In this document: positions 1-9,094 of the stretch, piece by piece
Layout: each line of letters starts with the position of its first letter
How positions within the stretch are numbered: the first letter of the stretch is position 1
Source of the DNA: Aplysia californica
Lineage: Eukaryota
Direction: 5' to 3'
Assembly (NCBI RefSeq): GCF_000002075.1
Contig: NW_004797970.1
Location: 176,859 to 193,924, forward strand
Length of the DNA: 17,066 nt
Notes under the pieces: model-generated
What the model was told of the DNA's origin: nothing
What the model saw: only the letters and a program-made list of their open reading frames with translations
The model's database searches: none
Position numbers and translations under genes: made by a program

Positions 1-40
1 CCCCCTCGATTCCCCCCTTTCCCTCCCCTTCCTTTCCCCC
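1..40. repeat. Homopyrimidine (C/T) tract, about 40 nt.
   Basis: CCCCCTCGATTCCCCCCTTTCCCTCCCCTTCCTTTCCCCC, mirror-like polypyrimidine run at the window edge. Confidence 0.7.
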
Positions 41-770
41 AAAACGATACGTTGTAGGCTAGAGTAATATGAGCATGAACATTGTAAGTTGTAAGTTCTG
101 AAAGGTCACTGCAAGAGTTCATGGGTTGAAGAAAATAAAGAACAACTTAGTGAAAGAACATGTACGTGAACATTATAGGCCAAATGTTCATAGTAATGCA
201 CTATATTTAGATTTGGGGATATTGCTAAGCAGCTATTTATATCGTTTGGGAATACCTGTTTATTGTTCGTATGCCATGTTGCCCTTATTTTATTTGTTAA
301 AAGTAAAATTCCTTATTTGTTGCCTTTATCTTTTGCACCTTTGTTTTTACGGAAAAATTTGTTCCGAATCGAATACACATTATATTTCTTATAACATTTT
401 TACGTAGAAAGTGCAGCTCCGACGGGGTTTTTTAGTTTTAGAATACTTCGTTCGCGTTCAATCCTTTACCTTCTCTCAAATGGAACACTTAACTGGTAGG
501 TCTATGGGATTTGCTCATGACGTATCGATCGTTGGGGGACCGGCTCGATGACCTGGCCAGACCTCTAGCTACTTGTCCCCGCCCACTTCTGACCCTAAAC
601 GAGTCTCTCCCAGGCAACTTGTTTACTGTTAAACTTCCTTCATACTGTGCAGTTGCGGTGGTTGTAAGTAGAATGTTCACTTATTTGTGAGCTATAAATT
701 ACCTTTTAGTTTTTCAAATAGCTGGGGGATGATATTGTTAGTTGAATCTGCTGTTGTTTGTGCAGGTATT

Positions 771-813
771 AGAATCTAGGTCTAGATCTAGATCTAGATA
801 TATCTAAATCTAG
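771..813. repeat. Palindromic (GATCTA)n / TCTAGA-GATC microsatellite array.
   Basis: AGAATCTAGGTCTAGATCTAGATCTAGATATATCTAAATCTAG, tandem self-complementary hexamers. Confidence 0.8.
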
Positions 814-1667
814 TATTGCTTTCAAGAGGTAAAGTGTAAAGTAGTTTCAAGAGATCTGCTTGAGACGACGACGAAGATCACAGTAGACAGAAAACTGAAT
901 TCTTTTGTTGGTATGAATTACGTTTTGAGTTGTCGAACTGAATCGGAATCTTCTCATTCGCAAAGTGACTTTTATCTGGATAAGCTGTTATAATTATAAC
1001 TGTTTTCTGAGCAGTATGAAAAGCCCGTTTTACGCAGTAGTGGTTTCGAAGGTTTTTGTCCAAGTGTAGTCGCAGAAGCGAAATCATGCATAATGAGGCC
1101 ATCAGCGACGCAGACCTTGAGCAAGTTACTATAAATAGAGAATGTTTAGGCAAGATTCGTCAGCTACTATAACTGAAAATATTTCAGCCTGTTGCATTTA
1201 CCACATAGATCTAGAACAGAATAGGCCAGCCTATTTATTTCACATTTTGAACAAAATCTCGTGAATTTTGCACAGAAGTTGAGGTGAGTTCTGTTCAATT
1301 CATGCCGTGGCAATCGTTTAGATAAACGTGCGAACAAGGCCAAGTTCGCGGACATCTGTGACTCAGTTGGTCTAGCCTAGGCTATCGGCTTAACCATCAT
1401 TGCGAGATAGAAGTGGGCAGGTTAACCACTCGCGCAAGTCTTTGCATTATTGTCAGGATTGATTGGTGAGTTATCTATATAAGCTGATCCAAAGAAGACG
1501 TGTTCAGTAAACCTGGCAAGAGCCTAGCGTTGTTAGTGCATGCCTGCCAGTCTGCACTCTACAAATATATATCTATAGGTTCTGAAAGAAGCTGAAAGTT
1601 GAAACAAGTGATCATTGCAGTTGTTAGATCTTTCATGTGCAGACCTTTGCAGACCAGACAAGAATTT

Positions 1668-1690
1668 GAATCTAGATCTAGATTAGTCTT
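1668..1690. repeat. Second (GATCTA)n-type array. Its flank AGAATTTGAATCTAGATCTAGAT resembles the start of the 771 array.
   Basis: GAATCTAGATCTAGATTAGTC. Confidence 0.7.
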
Positions 1691-1740
1691 GTCTACTCAT
1701 TTTTATTATTGAAAAAAAAAACAACCCAACCCAAACCATA

Positions 1741-1800
1741 TAGATCTAGATTAGATCTAGTCGTATAGATCTAGATCTAGACTCTAGATATCTAAATCTG
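1741..1800. repeat. Third and longest (GATCTA)n-type array. It ends in CTAGATATCTAAATCTG, as the 771 array does.
   Basis: TAGATCTAGATTAGATCTAGTCGTATAGATCTAGATCTAGACTCTAGATATCTAAATCTG. Confidence 0.8.
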
Positions 1801-2006
1801 CCTGAGATGGATTCTTGAAAGACTCAAAAAGATTTTTAGGCAGGGCTATTGGTGAAGCCCAGGCCTGGCTCGTGACCTTCCCAGGGTTAATTGTGCAATA
1901 TTATAGGCCTACAATTCTTTGTTGTTATACAGGTCTTTATTTTGAAAAAGTAGCCTAACTCATCTGTTTCATATACTTCATTAAGGTTCTCAACTAATTA
2001 TTGAAG

Positions 2007-2140
2007 ATGACATCCCGTAAAGAAGATAATGCGATTTTTCGCATCCCGCCCTACTATTACATCCATGTGTTGGACCAAAACACCAATGTCACCAGAATTG
2101 AGATTGGTCCCCAGACCTTCATTCGCCAGGATAACCAAAG
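2007..2140 (+). CDS. MVP: MVP coding exon 1: [44 protein letters not shown] plus 2 nt of R.
   Basis: ATG at 2007 (ORF-track 2001 is an in-frame TTG). Matches the MVP N-terminus (..[28 protein letters not shown]). Donor CAAAG|GTACGT at 2141. Confidence 0.88.
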
Positions 2141-2530
2141 GTACGTGCTGTTTTTTGTGGAAGAAACAAAAAAAACACCCCTTGTCGACACTAGGTGTTG
2201 TCGGGAAATGTAGATTTGGCAAAGCACTTTAATTAATAAGTTTAATTGGTATTGATATGGTAATCATTTTACTCTCTGCCTGTGTGCTATAGAATTCTCT
2301 TTCTGTGGATTCAATGTGCCTATTGAAGGACGGTACTGTCATATAGTTATTTTTAGTGTACCAAATGAGTAAAATTTAAAATCTGGTGGTTTTAAATAGG
2401 CCTACAATCTTTTGCCTTGAAATAATTGTGATGTTTGTGGAAAGACCATGATACAATGATGACATGGTGCTGCAGTATTCTTGATTCCTATAAATTTGGT
2501 TAAGTTGTGCAATACTTTGTTTCTCTTTAG

Positions 2531-2726
2531 GGTTACTCTTGGGCCAGAGAAAATGGTGGTTGTCCCACCTCGCCATTATTGCATGATTGAGAACCCAGTG
2601 TTCAGAGACAAAGATGGCAAACCTGTCATTGATCAGCTGGGACAGACGAAGCTTCAGCATGCAGATCTGGAGATTCGTCTCACACAAGATCCCTTCCCCC
2701 TCTTTCCAGGGGAGGTTTTGAAACAG
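2531..2726 (+). CDS. MVP: MVP coding exon 2: (R)[65 protein letters not shown].
   Basis: Acceptor TTCTCTTTAG|G at 2529-2530. Matches human RVLFAPMRMVTVPPRHYC...[24 protein letters not shown]. Donor AAACAG|GTATAC at 2727. Confidence 0.9.
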
Positions 2727-2767
2727 GTATACAGACAATATTTTGGGTTTGTTTTATCTTTTTTTTT

Positions 2768-2843
2768 TGTGGGGGGGGGGGAGGTGGAGAGGAGGAAGGG
2801 AGGGGGAGGGTATCTATATAGAGGTATAATAATAATAATAATA
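2768..2843. repeat. Homopurine G/A tract followed by (TAA)6, in intron 2.
   Basis: GTGGGGGGGGGGGAGGTGGAGAGGAGGAAGGGAGGGGGAGGG ... ATAATAATAATAATAATAG. Preceded by T10. Confidence 0.8.
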
Positions 2844-3536
2844 GATAGCATTTAAATAGCTCAAATTCACGATCAACAGCAAGCTCTAGGTACTTAACAA
2901 TCTATATTATTACCTCAGCAGACCTGATAGCATTCTGAAACAATCTCAACTTCCTGGGAGTGAAGCATACAGTGAGTAAAAGAATACAATTGTCAGTGCT
3001 TTTAATGAAACTGTTTTTCCGCATTTATGATGTGTAGATAAGAGTTATTGTAAAAAGGTGGAGGGGAACCTGATGCAACGGCAGACATTGGTTTGCTTCT
3101 ATTATCTGCTTTAATAAATGAAGGGTAGGTAGTTTAGTAATTCCTTGGCTGTTGTCGCAGTACGTTGCTTTGTTAATGATTGTAGGCTTTGGTGTGGAGC
3201 AAAAAATAAGTACTCCGAAAAGTTATGGCTCAAATTATCTTTTTAAATAAATGGGATTTGACCTGTAGACCCTATATATCTCTATAGTGTGCAATTTTTA
3301 TTTTTACTTTTTTTATTCATAATGCTCATTATCTAAATGTGCCTTCCCTTGTGAAGTTTTGTGAAAATAAATTTAGTTAGCTTGTCTGTAAGATAAGTTA
3401 TCTGGTTTGGAAAAACAGAAACTGAAATATCATTCTTGTAGTGTGATTTCTCTTTCTTTGTACATCCTTGATAAATAACTTGTGTTCATAACATGTCTGG
3501 GTTTTTTTCATTAAAAAAAAAAGTTCCCTGAGAAGT

Positions 3537-3606
3537 CATGTTACTGTGGTCATGTTACTGTGGTCATGTTACTGTGGTCATGTTACTGTGGTCATGTTAC
3601 TGTGAT
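3537..3606. repeat. 14-bp minisatellite, 5 tandem units (CATGTTACTGTGGT), in intron 2.
   Basis: Four perfect units plus one G>A variant unit, immediately upstream of the exon-3 acceptor region. Confidence 0.85.
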
Positions 3607-3649
3607 GGCAATAATAACTGAATTTGGTTGTGCTCTTTTTACTTTTCAG

Positions 3650-3773
3650 CCTGTTACGGCTTTGAAAGTGGTTCCAGCTAATGCTGCTCTCAGAATACGC
3701 GCAGTTCTCGACTATGAGGATGCTGAGGGAGAAAAACGCACAGCTGGAGATGAGTGGCTCTTTGAGGGTCCAG
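3650..3773 (+). CDS. MVP: MVP coding exon 3: [41 protein letters not shown] plus 1 nt of G.
   Basis: Acceptor TTTTACTTTTCAG|CCT. Matches human ..[40 protein letters not shown]. Donor CAG|GTATGT with the intron starting at 3774. Confidence 0.88.
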
Positions 3774-4161
3774 GTATGTAAATCTATGGGTATTCATCAA
3801 ATTATGTGGAGATGAAATTTATCAGTATACAGTTGAAACAGTTTTAACGGCCACGTGTATAAGACAATCGTCTATACAAGTGGCTGCTTCCCATTTTTTC
3901 TTTGCAATTTTTAGAGAATTGTAATGACACTGTGTTAGATGGCCACTTTTCTTCTCTACAGTGGGAGGTCGTCTTGGACAATTTTGACGATACGTGTTTC
4001 TCCCATTCTGCATTTGACATGTATCGTTAACATGACAATTTGAAATATGTTATTGATTTGTGCCAACCTACAATTATATCTTACACTTCCACCTTTTTTA
4101 TTCTTGAGTTGATTCTGTTCAGTATTACATGAATCTTAAAAGTGTTTTCCTGCTTATCCAG

Positions 4162-4388
4162 GCACTTACATTCCCCGTAAGGAATGTATGATTGAAGAAA
4201 CGATACGGGCAACAGTCATTGGACCAAACCAGGCCATCCGACTGCGTGCCAGGAAAGAATGCATCGACAGAGACAACATCCGACGTGTCACAGGGGAAGA
4301 GTGGTTGGTGAAGAGGACTGGTGCATACTTACCAGGAGCATACGAAGAAGTAGTCGATCTCGTCAATGCCTATGTTCTCACTGAAAAG
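4162..4388 (+). CDS. MVP: MVP coding exon 4: (G)[75 protein letters not shown].
   Basis: Acceptor CTTATCCAG|GC. Colinear with human [50 protein letters not shown]...LTEK. Donor AAG|GTGGGT at 4389. Confidence 0.9.
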
Positions 4389-4985
4389 GTGGGTCTTACT
4401 TCCTTTGCAATGCATCAGAGACTTATATCCAACATGTGAACATGAATGGTGTTATTGCTTAAAACAAATTTGGTACAAAAAATGTCCTGTGAAAATGGTA
4501 TTGTAGCAGAGTATGGTTTTTAATCTGAGTCAATGTTGGTAACACTAGAGAAATATCGAAAAGGAGTCTGCTAATGTGAAGAAAATGGATGTGTGATATG
4601 TTTCTTTTTCTTTTCACAAATACTGTATCTCGTAAACTTTTTCTCAGTTGTGCTTGTGATATACCATGACTTTAAAAAGCACATGAGAAAAAACGTTGTC
4701 CTTGTGTGGTAAACTAGAAGTCGACAAATCAGTTGGAAAAGTTGAGTTTGAAACAAGATTTTGAAAACCTTTTTTGACGACAAATTGACGACTTCCATGA
4801 GATCAACCATTGTGTATGCAAATTACTTTTTAAAAATCTTTTTACAGAGCATATGTGCTCCTGCAGGTATTTGTTTACAATGCTGAATCAAATTGTTAAA
4901 GTGGATGTGCTCAGTGGATTTTGTATTGGACATTTTTAGTGTATATTATTCCAATGTAATGCTTTGAATCTGTTTGCATCAACAG

Positions 4986-5111
4986 AAAGCTCTTCACATG
5001 AGGGCGCTGATGACTTTCAAAGATGACTTTGGCATTGTGCGCAAGAATGGGGAAGAGTGGTTGATCACAATGACAGACACAGAGACGCACATTCCAAATG
5101 TGTATGAGGAG
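4986..5111 (+). CDS. MVP: MVP coding exon 5: [42 protein letters not shown] (42 aa).
   Basis: Acceptor TTGCATCAACAG|AAA. Matches human [42 protein letters not shown] at the same length. Donor GAG|GTAAGC at 5112. Too short for the ORF track, so translated by hand. Confidence 0.88.
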
Positions 5112-5507
5112 GTAAGCAGCTTTCTTCTGAATTGTTTTTGAGTTGGTTTGTTCATAATTTTTGGGGCAATCGGTTTTTGTTTTTTCTGTAGGTTTACATT
5201 TTTTGTTGTTGATGTGTATGTATTTTCAGATTGCTTTTCTCAGATTCTAAGATTCAAGCATCAAAACAGAATTTTATGAGAATGGTTGTAGGCCTATCTA
5301 TGTTATCAAATATATGACCTAATGTAAAAAAGTTATTTTTGGACACAAAGAAAAGTATATGTCATGGCTTGGATAAAACTTTTGTTATTCAGTAACATTT
5401 CATTGGTGGTTATTCTCAACAAGTTTGTTAAAGAACAACTTTGGTCAGTTGTTAATTTTCAAAATTCACACATTTTCTTAACCACTGTTTTGTTTTGTTT
5501 TCTGCAG

Positions 5508-5618
5508 GTGGTTGGTGTTGTGAATATCACACCATTGAGCAATCGTCAATATTGTGTGATTCTGGATCCCGTTGATGATAAGGGGAGACCACAGCTGGGC
5601 CAGAAGAAACTTGTCAAA
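5508..5618 (+). CDS. MVP: MVP coding exon 6: [37 protein letters not shown].
   Basis: Acceptor TGTTTTCTGCAG|GTG. Matches human [37 protein letters not shown]. Donor AAA|GTGAGT at 5619. Confidence 0.9.
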
Positions 5619-6298
5619 GTGAGTCTAGACATCGTAACACAGTAATTACTCACTTTTGCTTTGTGAACCAACTGGGGTAACCCGCTTATAACCCAACTTT
5701 GTGTTTCACATAGGGAGTATAATTTGACTCTAAAATCAGCCCATTTTTTGTAGGTCATGCATACGATGAATTTTTTACATATATATTGGAGGGGGCTCAA
5801 CTCGCATGAAATCAAGCACTAGTTGAGCATCAACTACGTGTAAAGTGTCTTGCCAGTAAGGACTGTTGGTTGTTGCACTGAGAGGGATTTTAATATGTGA
5901 CAGATAGATAATTGTGCAATGGAAAATCTTTTCTGGCATTATTTCCCCTTTGTTGAGCCCAATCCTGTCTGTATGTTGTTGATGGAGGAGGCGTATACAG
6001 TACAGCCTCATTAAAAAAAATTATCGTTCGTATTACAGGCGGGTTTGTACAATAATGAAAGTTATAGATCATTTAATAAATGGAGATGCAATTCACATTT
6101 AAGTAGAACTTTAAATTTCGAAAACCTTTTTTTTTATGTTGCACATTCACTTCAATTTTCTTACTCTCCAGCATTATGTCAGAAGAATTATTGTTGTTTT
6201 GGAATTTATGACAGTTAATCTATAGAACTGGATGACTGAGGAAACTGGAGTATAACATGTAGTTAATGATTTTCAAAACATTTCTGAACTATTTCCAG

Positions 6299-6418
6299 GG
6301 AGAGAAATCTTTCTTCTTAATGCCTGGAGAGAAACTGGAGAAAGGAATTCAGAATGTCTACATCTTGGGAGAAGATGAGGGCCTCATTCTCAGAGCCAAT
6401 GAAAGTTTTATGGATGGA
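6299..6418 (+). CDS. MVP: MVP coding exon 7: [40 protein letters not shown].
   Basis: Acceptor CTATTTCCAG|GGA. Matches human [34 protein letters not shown]. Donor GGA|GTAAGT at 6419. Confidence 0.88.
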
Positions 6419-6610
6419 GTAAGTATATCATAACTTGTGTATAATATCTGTAAGTTAGTTTGCACTTATATATATATATAATATATCAGTTACAAAATTA
6501 TTGTAAAGAGTTCAGAGAACTTTGCTGTTTTAATGTTACTTCGAGAGTCTCGTCTTTTACTAGCTGTTGGATTAACTACAGAAGGAAAGTGACTCATGAT
6601 ATGCTTTTCC

Positions 6611-6668
6611 TGACAAAGAAGTTGCAAACGCTGTAAAACTCTTACTAAAACTAAAACTAAGAACATAC
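6611..6668 (+). repeat. SINE/MITE-like tail fragment in intron 7 (..GCAAACGCTGTAAAACTCTTACTAAAACTAAAACTAAG).
   Basis: Shares the GYRYTGTAAAACTCTTACTAAAAC tail core with 12 or more other sites in the window. Confidence 0.6.
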
Positions 6669-6805
6669 ATTATCCTTATCTCTGTTCCTTTTTTTCTCCT
6701 TATGTCAGTCACTCTCTTGTATCGCCTCTAATCTTTGGCACCTGTGTGAGCTATTTGCGTCTCAAGTGTCGTAAAACTTTTACTAAAACTGAACTAAAAT
6801 AACCC
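6660..6805 (+). repeat. SINE-like copy (body plus tail) in intron 7, ending 20 nt upstream of the exon-8 acceptor.
   Basis: The CCTTATCTCT..CTCTCTTGTA..TTTGGCACCT..GTGTCGTAAAACTTTTACTAAAACTGAACTAAAAT body and tail are homologous to copies at 8222-8403, 12345-12510 and 14238-14360. Confidence 0.65.
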
Positions 6806-6824
6806 GTATTCTTTCTTTCATCAG

Positions 6825-6974
6825 CAAATCAATCGCAATCCAGGAGACCGTTGGATGATCAAGGGGCCTACGGAGTATGTGCCTCCCGTGGAGGTGGAAG
6901 TCGTCCTGAAGAGGCAGGCTATTCCTCTGGATGAGAACGAGGGAATTTACGTCAGGGATATCAAGAGTGGAAAG
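6825..6974 (+). CDS. MVP: MVP coding exon 8: [50 protein letters not shown].
   Basis: Acceptor CTTTCTTTCATCAG|CAA. Matches human ..[42 protein letters not shown]. Donor AAG|GTACGC at 6975. Confidence 0.9.
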
Positions 6975-6993
6975 GTACGCTATTGGCAGTCCA

Positions 6994-7026
6994 CCTCTCA
7001 TTCAACACATCCTGTGTTCGAAACCT
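6994..7026 (+). repeat. 32-bp motif CCTCTCATTCAACACATCCTGTGTTCGAAACCT in intron 8, 19 nt after the exon-8 donor.
   Basis: Near-identical copy at 7721-7752, which is 54 nt after the exon-9 donor. It contains a small hairpin, ACACA TCC TGTGT. Confidence 0.7.
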
Positions 7027-7147
7027 ACTGACCAGCAGATTTCAGTTTAAGCAAACTGTGCTGTATCTGTTCTATGTGCGAAGAAAAACCCAGCTATGCT
7101 GTAAACTAATGTGAAAACAACCAACTTGATCCCTGCATTCTGAAATG

Positions 7148-7330
7148 ACCCTATGCAGTTGCGAGTGCCGCAAAATTCTTCATCATCATCGCCTTTCTCA
7201 CCCTGCACCAGGGTATAGGTCACGGACAAACACTTTCCACCTTTCCTGGACGCTTCTTGATGTTAGTCCCTGTCTTCCCATTTTTCTGTACATCAATTTC
7301 TGTGATTCTTCTCTAGGTTCCACGTGGTCC
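7148..7330 (+). repeat. Family-B interspersed repeat in intron 8, with a homolog at 9810-9960. Its minus-strand shadow ORF begins MSVTYTLVQGEKGDDDEE. A SINE tail fragment follows at about 7347-7389.
   Basis: About 80% identity over about 120 bp with the 9810-9960 copy (GCCTTTCTCACC.TG.ACCAGGGTATAGG.CA.GGACAAACA.TTTCC...CCATTTTTCTGTACAT.AATT). It contains TCTTCATCATCATCGCC. Confidence 0.65.
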
Positions 7331-7427
7331 TCCCTTTGATCTTTTACCCTGTGGCGTAAAACTCTTACCAAACTGAAAAAAAACTGAACTGCTGTACTTG
7401 AACTTTGACCTGTGCGCTGTTCCCCAG

Positions 7428-7666
7428 GTTCGGGCCATTCAAGGCGAGACGTACATGATCAACCAGGATGAGGAGTTGTGGGCCAAGGAACTCCCACCCA
7501 CAGTGGAGTCCCTCCTGAGTGCCGGCAAGGACCCTCTGGCTGACCGCAGTGACAGGAAGTCAACTGACCACAGCCCCAAGACCCGAGACAAAACTCGAGT
7601 TGTGACCTTCCGTGTCCCCCACAATGCCGCTGTCCAGATTTATGATTATAAGGAGAAGAAAGCCAG
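7428..7666 (+). CDS. MVP: MVP coding exon 9: [79 protein letters not shown] plus AG of R.
   Basis: Acceptor GTTCCCCAG|GTT. Coordinates are anchored on ORF-track 7398..7676, with my own count in this line uncertain by 1 nt. Matches human [40 protein letters not shown]...[25 protein letters not shown]. Donor CAG|GTATGT with the intron from 7667. Confidence 0.86.
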
Positions 7667-7720
7667 GTATGTTTAAATTGTACTATGGGGGCTCTCATGG
7701 TCTAAAGTTACGGTGTACAT

Positions 7721-7752
7721 CTCTCATTCAACACATCCCGTGTTCGAAACCT
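7721..7752 (+). repeat. Second copy of the 32-bp motif (CTCTCATTCAACACATCCCGTGTTCGAAACCT), in intron 9.
   Basis: 31 of 32 matches to 6995-7026, in the same orientation. Confidence 0.7.
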
Positions 7753-8099
7753 GACAGCATCGGGAAATTTTCTTCTCTTAAATTTTCTCCTTTCACCTCC
7801 GTTCCTGTTCTCTTACCGTGTTCTGTCGTCTGCTTTCATCTCCACTTTCTGCCCCCTCAATGAGCAAAATGAGAAAATGCCTTTTTTTAAAGCTGTGGGC
7901 AGATGCTCTTAATTGGTTTTCTCTTTTTGTCCTATCAACATCATAGGTCCTTCTCTCTCCTCCTTCTTTTCTTTGGGTATATTACTCTCTAGTGACACCT
8001 TGAATCTTTTACACTTATATTGCAAGTAATGTAAAACTCTTAATTAACTAAAAACTACATAACCTTGCAGTGTCGCAAGGGGTTTTCCACCTACACAAT

Positions 8100-8165
8100 C
8101 GCATGGTTATATGACCCTATGCAATTGCAAGTGCAATAAAACTCTTACAAAAACAAAATGAAACA
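8100..8165 (+). repeat. SINE-like tail copy in intron 9 (TGACCCTATGCAATTGCAAGTGCAATAAAACTCTTACAAAAAC...).
   Basis: Homologous to 16176-16240 and to the tail of 8222-8403. A shorter tail-like fragment lies at 8031-8066. Confidence 0.6.
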
Positions 8166-8221
8166 AAACCACATTAATTAACCTATGCCATTTCACTAAT
8201 TTCTTTCGTTTGTTTTTTTGT

Positions 8222-8403
8222 GGGTGGCTGGCGGGTGCTCTGGTGTGGTTTGCTCCTTCTTTCGTATCAAATATCTATCAGTCCTTATCTCTCCTCCTCC
8301 TTTTTTGTGTATGATACTCTCTTGTAACACATCTATTCTTCGGCACTTCAATGACCTTATTGTGTTACAAGTGACGTAAAACTCGTACTAAAAATAAAAC
8401 TAA
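8222..8403 (+). repeat. Full-length (about 180 bp) SINE-like element in intron 9, ending 19 nt upstream of the exon-10 acceptor.
   Basis: Head GGGTGGCTGGCGGGTGCTCTGGTGTGGTTTGCTCC, body ..ATCAAATATCTATCAGTCCTTATCTCTCCTCCTCC..TACTCTCTTGTAACAC.., tail TGACCTTATTGTGTTACAAGTGACGTAAAACTCGTACTAAAAATAAAACTAA, then a T-run. Homologs at 12241-12607 and 14238-14360. Confidence 0.7.
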
Positions 8404-8421
8404 TTTTTTTTCCGCTTTCAG

Positions 8422-8619
8422 GGTCGTGTTTGGCCCCGAGCTGGTCATGCTGGGACCGGACGAGCAGTTCACTCAGCTCAGTCTGTCCGGGGGGAAGCCC
8501 AAGAAGCCCAACTTGATCAAAGCTCTGTGTCTGCTGCTGGGCCCCGACTTCTGCACAGACATCATCGTCGTGGAAACGGCCGACCACGCCAGGCTTTCGC
8601 TGCAGCTGTCGTACAACTG
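8422..8619 (+). CDS. MVP: MVP coding exon 10: (R)[65 protein letters not shown] plus TG of W.
   Basis: Acceptor TTCCGCTTTCAG|G. Matches human [67 protein letters not shown]. Donor TG|GTGGGT at 8620, which is the only GT that keeps the frame into exon 11. Confidence 0.86.
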
Positions 8620-8952
8620 GTGGGTATGGCGGCCTGTGCCGCTGGGGTGCTTTTTTATTTTATGTGAGTTGCGTCTCCTTATTTGTATGAATAGATTTCC
8701 AAGAAATAAAATTGTGGGTGTATCACGGTCTGCTAGCTTAGTTTTGACAAATAAATCTGAAGATTAAACATAACTGAGTATTTTGCATTTCAGAAGAATC
8801 CAGTTTGTAGAGATGTTGTGGGAAAAAGTGGGTGATTTTTTTGTTCAGATGAAATTAAGATACTTTGGGGTTGGGTTTTTTTTCCAAATGTAAATAGATA
8901 GAAACTTTGTTTTCAACTTTTACATTTTCTCACTCTTTTCTTTTAAACCCAG

Positions 8953-9094
8953 GCACTTTGAGACTCTGAGCAAATCCCCGGAGGAAGCTGCCAAAATTTT
9001 TAGTGTTCCCGACTTCACCGGTGACTCTTGCAAAGCCATTGCCTCTCGCGTCAGAGGTGCTGTAGCACAAGTGCAATTTGACGATTTCCACAAG
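8953..9094 (+). CDS. MVP: MVP coding exon 11: (W)[47 protein letters not shown].
   Basis: Acceptor TTTTAAACCCAG|G. Matches human [49 protein letters not shown]. Donor AAG|GTGAGA at 9095. Confidence 0.88.

Noticed and set aside
878-1355. ORFs 878..1153(-) and 1167..1355(-) in the 5' flank between the (GATCTA)n arrays.
   Set aside because: They are short, carry no recognisable domain and have A/T-rich codon usage unlike the MVP exons. They are probably non-coding.
1355-1440. tRNA-like sequence (..GACTCAGTTGGTCTAGCCTAGG.., ..GGTTAACC..).
   Set aside because: I could not fold it into a cloverleaf with proper D- and T-loops or a 7-bp acceptor stem. It is at most a decayed tRNA-derived repeat head.
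1905-2412. Paired TAGGCCTACAAT(T/C)TTTG motifs (1905-1925 and 2398-2418) flanking exon 1.
   Set aside because: There are only two short copies of about 18 bp, which is too little to call a transposon terminus or a regulatory pair. It is noted only as a coincidence-level observation.
2376-2738. Antisense ORFs overlapping MVP exons (such as 2376..2738-, 7439..7624-, 7459..7698-, 8357..8587-, 10156..10380-, 10797..11051-, 11979..12311-).
   Set aside because: They are shadow ORFs on the strand opposite to well-supported MVP exons, with no homology signal of their own.
3537-3606. Possible CRISPR-like array (regular 14-bp repeats).
   Set aside because: The units are directly tandem with no spacers and sit in a eukaryotic intron, so this is a minisatellite.
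8426-8767. ORF-track 113-aa ORF that extends exon 10 to ...[18 protein letters not shown]...
   Set aside because: Only the first 65 codons match MVP. The frame into conserved exon 11 (WHFE..) requires splicing at TG|GTGGGT (8620), so the remainder is intronic read-through.
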